Positions 49,201-61,200 of a stretch of 64,000 nt of DNA are shown one piece after another (position 1 is the first letter of the stretch; the number at the start of each line of letters is the position of its first letter). Location of the stretch: positions 2,936,513-3,000,512 of the forward strand of contig CM082588.2 in assembly GCA_040954595.2 (NCBI GenBank), given 5' to 3'. Both the position numbers and the translations under genes were made by a program. This DNA comes from Balanoglossus misakiensis. Lineage: Eukaryota > Animalia > Hemichordata. The notes beneath the pieces were generated by a model that was given only the letters and a program-made list of their open reading frames with translations, made no database searches and was not told the origin of the DNA.

Positions 49201-52200
49201 AGTATAAAAAAAATCACCTCACTTGCATGCACGTTCAGGTGCATGACAAGACCAACAGAAGATCAACTTGCAGGCGTCAACACTATAACCTAGCATGTGG
49301 CAAAATTTCACAAACAAATCGATGTAAACTGTGCAAGCTTATGACGACCATCTATTGACCTGAACATGGCAAGAACTGACAACACTTGATGTAAAAGGGT
49401 TGAAAGTAGTTCTCCTCAATAGAAAATTGAAATGATGTATTCCCATAATCACACATAGAACTGCAAAGAAAACTTTAACATTTTATGTGATGTTGACTAA
49501 CATTAAGATACGAGTACTCCGTTCTAACAACCTACATTATTGTCACTTACTGCATTACAACACAATTACTTTACGATTTTATACATTGTGCAAAATTTTA
49601 CACATATTATGGATTTAAATAATTTAGCTGATTCTAAACCCATTTGTGAATGAATTAACTAGTGAAGAAAAACTTTAAACACCCGTTCTAAACTATGACA
49701 AATTGGATGAAACTATATCTAAAGTATAATGACAATGATGTTTTAATTAAAATGGGAATGCACCTCATGATGGGATCTATCAGATAATTATCACCAGTGT
49801 ACTTATTTTAAAATTCACACAATTTTCCCACTGTAGGTGCATTGTACGTGTTCATTATAAACCCATGGTGAAATCTGCCACTTTTACATGTACAACCACC
49901 TATCTATGACACCCTTGGTGTGTGTATAATGTATGGAGCACATGTTAAAATAACTGCACTACTTTCCATGCACTCAAAGTCACACCATGCTGAACGCCCA
50001 AACAGCAAGGACTTACTTTAATGACATCAGGGTCCAATATCATGGACATAGAATGAATCAGACTGTCCTTAATTTTCTACAGAGAGGAAAGCGTTAGCAC
50101 ACATTCACATAGAATCAAAGACCAATAATTTTTTTTATTCAAAGAGACTTTTGACGATTTCTAGTCTAACAGAACAAGGACTTGAATGTGCACTGTATTA
50201 CACACTTCTTACAAAATACTTATCGACAAATTTATGCATGCATATTTTCTGTTATAGACAAATTCATAGAAGGTGCATTTAAACACATGTCTCAAGAAAT
50301 AAATAGGTTGCATCATGTGTGAAGAATATGTATATTATAAAAAACCTCACTGGTTCACCTCCCTCATCTCTAACATGGGTTCTACCAAGGTGTTGGGTAG
50401 GCAGGTTAGGAATGGATGCATGCTTTGAAGGTTTAGTAGGGGTAGAAATTAGAGTATGCCATATTTATATTAATTGCCAGATCATCTTTTATGTTTAAAA
50501 AAACACTGTGGAAAATGTAGCCGTTCCATTATCGATAAATGTCCTCCAGGACAGTTCGAAGGATGGGGGTAACCTGCAGCGTGTATAATTGTCATGCATT
50601 ATACATAGCACAAAAAGCCACATCGACTTTACAAGGGACAGTTAAAAGGACAAAGTCTCTCTCTTGCTGCCCTTTTCCCATTAATTATGTTTGATACAAA
50701 ACACCATTGATGTTTGGCTACTTTATATTATTCATTTATCGCCGAAAATAATTCTGTATTTACTCATTAAAGTAGGGGGGAGGGGTCTTTTCAAAATTGC
50801 CTTGAAATTAAGACTTTCAAAATGGCCGCCAAATTTGAGGTTCAAAATGGCCGCCTATATCTGTGCTTAGTCTATGGCATTCAAAATGGCCGCCAAATTT
50901 AGTGACTTTGACAATCTCTATGGTAAACATTATGGAGAAATTTTACTCATAGTTCAACCACACACACCTTCCATCCCACTTGTAGACACGAGAGTGAATA
51001 TTCGGTGTTTACCATTTATTCATTTTGGCGGGATTTTTACTCTCATATCCTACAAACGTGATGGTTGAATGTTGATTCACTATATATCCACATATGCATT
51101 AGCATAAACAGTGTAGTGAATCAAACATAATAAATGGGAAAAGAAAAGTGAGAGAGAGACTTTGTCCCGTTAATCAAATGTGACAATGGGGAGCATACCT
51201 CTGGCTATGGAAGGGGAGGACGGCATTGTTAGTGGGAATAAAAAATATGCAGAGATGGGAAAGAGGAATGCTGTGTTATGATGCAGAGTACAGCAGGTTG
51301 GGGGTTGGAATTTGTCAGACTGACGGCAGCCACAATAAAGTGTATTTGCCATAATTTTTACATCATGATATGATAACATATAGCCAAAATCTGTCTGTCT
51401 GTCTGTCTGCTTGCTTGTATGCTAAAATTTCATCTCTTTGAAGAAGTTGGGATATCGTCCAACTAGTGTTTGATATAAACGGTTTGGTTGAAACATGTAC
51501 ATGTATTACACAGGGATAAATGTAGACATTGACTCCAAATACAAAGAATCTTACCCTGGGTGAATCGACCACTATCTTGGTGGATGTCTGCAGAAGTCGG
51601 ACGGGAATCTTGGGAGTCACCTGGGCTGCAATCCACACACGGAAGTTGGGGTCGGGGTTCTTGTTTTCCGACAGCATGGTTTCCAAGTGGTCAAGGAAGT
51701 GGCACGAGTTGTGACCGTTCTGCATCAGGACCCATGTGCCCTGGTGTGGAAGGAATGAGAGGTCAATGCATGTGGAAAATTGTCCATTATTAACTATACA
51801 TATGTCCAGTATAGGAAGTATGGGCCCAAACTGACACATACATGTAATCATGGAAACAGCACACTGATCTGCTCACCTCCTGCATGGCTTTTACGATAGC
51901 TCTCCTGGCCCGTCGCTCTTCGGTAACCCCGGCGTTGAAGAGGGGCACAGTGACCGTGGGCACCTGTTTCTTAAGCGCACAGTCCAGGAACATCCTCTCG
52001 GCCATCTCGCCTTCGAAGGAGTACAGCAGAAGGATGGGCGTGTAGGGCGTGGTCTGCCGCAACACTTGGGTGAAGTCGATGGGAACGTCGCCAACGTACC
52101 TAGAAAGGGAAAATAATCATGAGTATTCACAACCCAGGTCTTGATAGTCACAGGAACACACCACATCTATTCAGATATGTGATGAAAACTATCATCTTTC

Positions 52201-55200
52201 TTTATGAATATTAATGACTCAACTTTATGGCATATGCAAACACACATCCCTTCAGTTACCGGTACATACTTTTTGCCGAGTACACTGCAGACGAAGACAG
52301 TAGATGCCTGCATCAGTCTGTCCTGTCTGAAAGCTCTGGTCACAAGAAGTCTCTGAATGGGACTGTAGTTTTCGTCCATTTTCTCCGGGAGCTGTATCAG
52401 CTCTGGGCTCTCATGTTCTCCCATGGCTCGCCACTGGGTTTCGCGGCCATCCTTCGGCATACGCTCGAACATCTCTTGGAACCACTCGTAGTGAACAGCA
52501 AGAATCTAGAAGAAGATGGAAATAGTCTGCATTACTGTGGAAATCATCAGGTGTTGTAGTGCAAAAATTATTGATATTCTTGACAAAATCTCGCAAACCC
52601 AAATCTTGTATCTGGAAAAAAAACACTGCAGAACAGCGAAAAGGCATTTCATGACAGATAACATGTATGCTAACTAGATATTGAAGATGGCGACCATACC
52701 TGCATGTTATGGAACTGTTCATCCAACATCCAATCAAACGGCTTCTTGGCCTGCGCGATTCTGTGGTCAGGTGGAACCATCTTACCGATGGCTTGCATCA
52801 CAGATGCACCAAAGCTTGGCGACACCAAGAACTCTCTCTCCCCTGGTCCAAGGTTGCCTTCTGAGTCTTCGACCTAAGAGAAGATATGGCAACATTTGAG
52901 AAAAAGACCAACAACCTAGCAATTACCAGCACTTTTTCAGCAAGATAATTTGGTGTCGTCCAATTTTTCAAATCGATAATTCTTTCAGCACAGTGTATTA
53001 TTGGTAATGCTATAAACAGCTTGCATCATATCAAGAAATCAATCCTATTCTAATGACTGCAACTATTACTGACAAGAACAATCCCTCACCTCTAATGCCA
53101 GCAGAATAGAATAGATAACTTTGTCTCTTTCCAGCAATCCTCTGGCTGTTGTAGTGTAGGCTGCGTACGTCAGTCTGTCCACTACAGCTTTGACAGCGGC
53201 TCTGATCAATGAAAATAAACATGACAAGAAAATCAACCATCAATATAAGCCAATGTTGACATAATGTGGTTTACTAGTGTTTCAGTGAAAGGAATTAAAT
53301 CTATAACGGTGAGTGCATCACTTGAGCTGCATTATACGGATGCTGAGATTAGCCGTCATGCTCAGATGCACTGCAATCTGATTAAACAAATCTGATGGCC
53401 TGACTGGCTTGTCATGCTCCGTTTCACCTTCACCATTCTTCCCTTGTTCATTTTGTGATTTTGACCATCATTTCACTGTGGATGTTCTGTGTGAGTGTGA
53501 GGTGTGCTGTGAGATCACAGGCATAAATTATGAAAGATCCTTTCAGATATTGACAAGTTTGGACTATCTTCTTTAAAGGGGTGTATGTGTGCTGTGGGTA
53601 TATACAATTAGATAATAGGGTGAACTACATCGTTCATAATTGTGTAGAACCATAAAATTTGTGAATAATCCAGATTTCAAAACAGGTGCAGCGTCGTAAT
53701 CTCACAAGGAAAATATTGTGATACTTGGCTATTTGGAATCTTGATTTTCTCCATGAACCATCATAGGTTACCAAGATGCAGAGGGTGCAAAGGGCTTACT
53801 TACCAGACTACAACCATGCACTTACATTATATAGAAATTTGAATTTGTGACATGTCTACAAATATTTAACGTGCAGCTATGTGGCATGCTGCTTGTGGCA
53901 GGTAAAATTTACTTACAAAACGGTACCAATTGGTTCATTGCGCGGCTGAATATCAGGGCTAAGCAAGGGTTAACACAACATGGGGAAATATTGGGAGGAG
54001 ATTAGTACATAAATGGTCAAATGAAAACAAAGGAAACACAAAAATTGCAGTGTTATGTAACGACAACATTTTCTAAGGAAATTACTGGACAAGTACATAT
54101 ATGTTGTTGGGGTTTTTTTTGCACAAAAAAGGCACATTTAGTTCTCCATTCTTACTACACAAAATGGGATAGTAATGCATAGGGCTTTACATTTGGTTTT
54201 TGATATGCATTCCAACAGGTTGATATATGAATTGTGGGTGGGAGTGTTGCACCATGGGTAAAGTGTTGCATTATGGGTGAGGAAACGAAGCTTACCTGTC
54301 AGAGTGCTTGATAGAGACATCATACACTTCAAGGAATTGGTGCCAGGCGGTACGGTAGATGCTATTGACCACGGCCATCATTTTGGTCGTGTCAAAGCAC
54401 ACCGCCCCTCTCTTTGCCACCGCTCTGTAGCCCTCCCTGGCGTTCATAATGGAACGTTCCCCAAGGCGAATTCTCTCTTGGCTGGTGACAAAGAAATATA
54501 AAGAATTGTTATAATAGGTAGTACAAGATTTTTCTTCGTTCTATTCAGCATACCATCTACCATCTACAAGCTCACCTTTCAAGAGTTTCATCATAGTGTT
54601 TCTTCATTTCACCCAGCTTCTTGGTGGTGGCCAAATCATTGAGTAGTCGAGTATCACCAGCCAGACAGTCCAACATCTGTTTTTCCAACGCTTCCAAATC
54701 CTTCATGTTTTCTATTTTTTCCTGCAAGAGACAACACAAATAGAAGTCTTGGTGACAAATTTCAAAATTGATCATTAAGGACCATTTCATACAAAATCCA
54801 AGTCCTCTTGCCCTTTGATTACCAGAAAGTGACAAAAAATTAATATAAATCAGAAGGAATGAAGGGCTATGAATAGGTAGGCCCTATTCAGCAATCCTAC
54901 CTGTGCCAAGCTGAGTTTCTCATCATTGAGTCTGGCTTTTTCCTTGGCCATGAATCTGTCAAGGAGCTCTTCCTCTACATCAGCTCTGACCTGATGGAAG
55001 TAGGTGACAGCGGTGTACGCTGCCAGTCTGTCTGGGACCTGGTGTGGATGTGATGTAGTGTGGAGGTACAGTCGGAACGCTGGACTACACTCAACCTCAT
55101 GGTCACCAACCTAAACAAGGCAGAACATTCAACAACATTGAACTTGAAGTTCAGAATTTCTACAGCTCACAGTTACATGAAAATTTTTCAATCAACCAAC

Positions 55201-58200
55201 TTGTACAGCTTTATTTCCGTTTTCCTCCTTACCATCATTTTGAAGGGTTGCTTTCCCTTGAGAAACATCATCCTGGATCTCAAGACGCAGAAGAATCTGT
55301 CGTCCTCTGCCAGTTCTTGGACATCGCAGTCAGTCACCAAGAGATGCTGGCCCTCTGACAAGCAAGTTTCCAAGTGTGATCTCAGCTCCTGATCAAATCA
55401 AAATGATACAAAATTAATTATTCATTGTACTACAGAAATGTTGGTTGGACTGTACCAGAATATAACTTTCTTATTGGTTGAGTCAAGTCACATGAGTGAG
55501 AATACCCATTACCATTGGTCAGGATGTGCAAATGTCATCATATGACCAAGGTAGTATGCTAGTAAATTTTTTTTTTCTTCATCACTTACATGGTACTTGA
55601 CACGTATGAGTCCCCCCTCCAGATACTTCTCCAACCAGTCCTGCACTCTGCTGGTCGGGTCGCACAGAAGATTCCAGGATGTGCTGCTCAGCTCTTGCAT
55701 CATCAAGCAGGCGTTCTGTTGAACTATGGGTGTCATCGGTAACTTGAGTAACATCAAGGCTTGGATCTCAACCTGTAGCAGAAACATATAATGTATGTGT
55801 TAAACTTTCTAAACCTTTGGATGTACAGTTTATAAAGGTTTTGATGTTTATTTGAGAAGAGCATACCTTGCTGTAGAGAAAGTCGATCAGTGACATGTTA
55901 TGGAAGAGCTTTTTCTTGGGTTCTAATAAACCGTGGTGACTGCAGATTTCATTGAACTCATCAGCAAATCTCCTCCTGGAATCAACAAGCAAATGAGTGC
56001 ATAATCAATAAGATGTCAACATCAGAGTGGTTGTCTCAAGGATATATACATTATACATAACAATTCCAGATTAAAATTTAAACAAGCACAAAAAGAGCTC
56101 TCTCAATCTGTGAATTCTTCCAACCACCAATGGGGCAAATGACTATGCAGAGTGTTATGAAAATTTCCTTTACCTGGTGTCAGTGTCCATAGGGGCACAG
56201 TACGTGAGGAATGCTGCAGCAACGATGCAGTTACTGATCAACAGCTCTGTGGCCGAGTTATCACTGACGTACTCCCTCCACTGCACTTCTTTGCTCTTCA
56301 AGCTGAAAACATAAGAAAGAGGACAATCAGAAAGTGATGAAGTAAAGGGTGTTAATCAAGCCCAGATGCAACTTGGCAGGGTCAGTCAGCACCTACAGAC
56401 CCTGCATGTGGAGATCTACATGTATCTGTACTCACCTGTGTATCATTTCTGTGGCAGCTCTCAGTCTCTCGTTGCTGGCCTCCAGTTCCATCTCCAGGCT
56501 GTGCTTGTCCACAACCGAGGCGTCAAACTGGGCCTGCAGCTCATCGACCTCCGCCTGCAGTTTCGGAATATCCTCTTCCGTGTATTCCGGTTCCTCTTCC
56601 GGCTCCTCTTGCCCGTCCTTGGCTTCTTGCTCGCGTCTCTCCTGAATTGGATGCAGGCACAAGGAATGGGATTTGCAAATTTATTCTTCTATAAGAGTGA
56701 AACGTCATCGTATTCGAGTGAGAGTTTTTGTTTGTGCCAGTATTCACATAATTGGTACATATATAATCCCAGTGCACACATTGCCAGCACTAGTCAAATC
56801 TGATACATGTAAACTCATAAAATGCTAGCTTAGGAAGTAACTTCCAGTTAGATGTGACCATCACAATAAGCTATGGGTAACACTGGGTAACTGGCAGATA
56901 CAAATCATATTGACACCAGGCTAGAACAGCATCAGCAGTGGGCCAGTAGTAACATTATGACAACACCATGTAGTGTATGGTAAATGCTGTAGAAAGTCTG
57001 ACTGATACATGGAGATCTTTTGGAAGATGAAAATGTAAACAGCAAGAAAGCATGGAACATGTTTATGATCCATAGCAGTGTTTAGTTTTTTTAAAAATAG
57101 AAAATGGGGTAAGATTTCTGCACACTCTCATGCAAATCTTTAGTTTCAGCAGATTAATTTGAAGATAAAATCCAACAAACCAAGCACACATGCAACAAAC
57201 AAGATTGAAGTTGGAGACGACAAAAATCTCAATCTTGATCTCTCTCTCCCTCTCCTCTTGATTTCTCTAGCTTGATCTGAGTTATGATCACAATTGATGG
57301 GTGTTACGATGTATTAGATGGATGAATTACTGGTTAAGCATTACGTAGGTTGATTCCAGATGTTCACTTTGGTTAAAAAATTCAGTAGAAATGAAAACAT
57401 GAAACAGTCCGGCAAAATGGTCTTACCCATTCCAGAGGTTCATCCTATCAACAGGACGACACAATACAACAACCGGTTGCCACATGGTGATGAAAAAACC
57501 GTGTGTTAAAATAGCAGAAAAAACTTGTGTGTGAGCCAAAACATTTGTGCATCAAAAGAAGAAAATACAGATTTCACGAAATGGACAACAACAATACAAA
57601 TGAACAATACGAAGGATCGGCAAGACCCTTGTTTATTTCAAGAAATGGACACCACGGCGCAAGGTGCAGACAGAAGCGAGCAAACATTCAGCGTGCAGGA
57701 AGGGATTTTGTGAATTTCAAAACAGCAGAAAAGTCAACGCAGTTTTGAAACAGATCACTTCATTCACAGAACAAGACACGCAGCACACCAAGGATTACTT
57801 ACAAATTCATGCTGTATTAAAAGAGATGACCACGCAAAAAAATCGCGGAAGTGTTAGACAGAGAAAGAGAACAGAAGATCTATGTGTGATTTGTCTTTCA
57901 AATCTTGATACAGTTCAACGGCACAGTTTCACACTGTCCCACACTACAAATTGATCCTGTACATTCACTACTGCCTAGCTGAAAGTTTACCCAACATCAA
58001 TCATGAACAGTGATTTTGAATAACCATTCAGACCACATGCACTGGCCACAGACAATTGACTTGGACCATGCTGTCATCTGAATTTAATATTTCACTGTAC
58101 GATATCATACACACAGTAAGCATGCCCAATTGACCATGTAACACAATGTAGATGTTAGCAAATATTAGTCTGACTATAGGGATGTATTCCCAGCAAGCCA

Positions 58201-61200
58201 TGTGACATATGCATGCAGAGAGAGAAACTCTTCCATAAATCAGATATTTTTGTCATGTTTGAGAATCAAGCAACGACAGCAATTGATGAAAACAAGGACT
58301 GTTATGTGGTCACTTGAACAATTTTTGATGCAAATACTTAGAAATCTGGTAATGCTTTTGAAACACCTATTGTCATGGCAACCTACCCTTTCTTCCCTCT
58401 CCTTCTGCATCCTCTCGTTTTCAGCCTTCTCTCTCTCTAGTTCGTCCAGTTTCCTCAAGGCCTCTCTCAGCGGACCACATCTGTGGGAGTACTCAACGAT
58501 GGCACACGTGTAGGCAACAAGCGTGCCTGCATCTTCGGAACTGTACCGCGTTGCAGAGATGGTGATACCGCCGGAGTTGCCGGGAGACGGAGATCGACGC
58601 TTTGATTCAGGCAGGGCTGATCTTCCCTCTGTAAAGTCACAAGTTCATACATATATCAACTCAACTGTTAAAACACAATTGTACTGAATTCTCATAGGAT
58701 TTGCTCTTATTATGCATCTTTCTCAGACAAAAAAAGTTGGATTAAACCAGAGACAACAATGAACCATTTAAGTTACATGTGTGAAGTAATTAACATTTAC
58801 ACAACCCTCACCTGGTACATCAAGCAATGATCCCTCGCCAGTGACACCTTCCCCGTCTTTGCCTTTGGGAAGATAATACTCCACGCCAGCCAGGATATCA
58901 TCGTTCAGACCGTCCACCCAACTCAAGTTGTGCAACATGTCGACAAACTTCAGCGAATCGTTCAGGATGATCTGAATCTGTTTCCATTTGGCCTTCCTTT
59001 CTTTGTCTTCATCTTTCTTGGCTGTGAATGTCGAAAAAGTAAATATGATCAGATTTGTTTCATCATGAAGTCTCCATCATGTGTGAGGTGATCAAACCGT
59101 CAGAGATGTGTTGATGTTTACTGATGACATTGCAAATAAAATGAACAGAGAAACACACTTCTGAAGACGTGAGGCAATACTCAAGAGACTTGGGTGTACT
59201 CAGTAAGTACAACCCAGTACAAATAAGACGACTCCCGCACGTGCCCTACCTTGACGTCTAACACGCGGGAGTCACAACAGAATCACTGTGAAAACAGCAG
59301 ATAGTTAACACAAGATAGCGTCCTTGTTCATTCCACACTATGAAATGTACCTGGTTGCCATCATGCATTTTGTTACTGACTGCTGACACGGTAACTCTTT
59401 GTAAATGTATGATTCAGAAAACTTTGGGGCCCACTGCTAAAGAAATCTTATGATGTATATTAAAACAATTTCCGTAAGTTATTTATTGAACAGATGTGTT
59501 CTTGCTGTCGTTTGTTTGTTCTTTTCTGTCTGTTCAAAGAAAATGAGTGACAAAATTTCAACCAACCAGTGACACACACAATAAAAGAAATTACAGGCAA
59601 TGTATATTGGATACATTTTGTGCAAAGATCATCGGTGCAACACTGAGTTGTACAGTGTACATATAACTGATGTGCACACAGAGTGAGACAGATTCCCCAA
59701 GATAAATGTTTGGTATTAGCGTGTTAGCATTTAGCTCATTTAACCTTGCCACTTACATTTCCGAGACCTAAGTTCCTCCCCTGTAAGCAGTGGAAATACA
59801 CATTAAACATGTAAGAGGTATTCAAGACACATGCTAATAGAGTGAGGGTGATGGTGTGGGTGTTTTTTAGCAATGCACCTAGTACTTAATTACAGAATGA
59901 AAACAAAACATTAATATCATATACAACAGAACACAAATGTGACTATACAACTCTATAAAAACTTCAGAGAAGACTTTTTATCTGTGGTGATGAAAATTAA
60001 CGCAACTTGCATGATTGAAATGGGCAGAATGTGAATTTCACCTCATGTTGTGTGCACGTAATATGTGGTTTATATATAGTGAAAGACAAGGAAGCTATTA
60101 TTACCACATATTTCAAAATCTGCTTTGCTGTACAGTGGTGTTTGAATCTTTGATACTCCAAACACATTCTACACAAACTAGTATGTGTACCGCAGTATTG
60201 AAAAAAGTGATGTGTGTGGAAGTGGATACTGATGTACTTGCAGAACATGTGCCTGTGAAATCAGTACTTGCATATTTGCCATACATTTCTTAACAGTCAC
60301 ACATAACCTGAAACAGCATTGTGTGTCATAAAAAAATCTCTAAAATATCAATCTGTGATGTAGATTTTCTAGAGGTGAAAAGCACTCCATTGGAACATGG
60401 AAGTTGAATTTCAAGTCACTTGGAGTTAATACATTCTAACTACTGAGATAACTGATATTTTTAATCTAATTCAGATTGATGAAAAGTTTACTAGTCTAAA
60501 ACTATCTACAATTATGAGAAATAAACTACTCCACTATTGCTTAGCAATTTAAATTGCAGTCATGTGGTAAACTGAGGTCAGTGAGCATGTCTATAGAGCT
60601 GGAATAGTGGAACACTACACAGACATAGAGTTTGTTGTTGAGAAGGATAGATAGATAGACAAGGGAGAGGACAGGGAACACATGAAAACAAGCAACTTAC
60701 GCTGGTAACTGGACGCAGTTTCCTCTGTTAATTATGACAACATACAATGGTAAACAGGATGTTAATGGTATGGAAGAACGAAACGAAAAAAGGGAGCAAA
60801 TCTTTACACAAACATGATTAGTAATACAACAATAATTATTAATTTCCCAAATTTAAAATTATCGGTATAGGTTTTGCTTATGATGAAATGACCACAAACA
60901 TGATTACCGTAGTAACACAATAATTACACAGTTACATTAAAATCACAGCAGTATATTTGTGGACTTTTCTTTGCCAATTTGTGATTTCCTAAATATAAAA
61001 TTACTGGTACAGGCATTGCTTATGATGAAATGAATACCGATCTCAGAAACATTTTTTGCCATATTAATTAAAAAGAAATAATAATGTTTAAATGCTCGTG
61101 AGGGACTGGAAAAAGATTGAGGTGACTTGGGTGACTGGATTTTGATATGTGTGCAAGGGAAGGGAAGGTGTGCATTGGAGGAAATGATCAACAAAGACGA

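Noticed and set aside
50816-50900. Short repeats with spacers, superficially CRISPR-like
   Set aside because: Only three 14-21 bp copies with irregular spacing, inside a MITE in eukaryotic DNA, with no cas genes.
59250-59257. 8-nt segment flanked by AG and GT on the minus strand in the dynein MTBD intron
   Set aside because: Not a multiple of three, so it would shift the frame; splice signals are weak.
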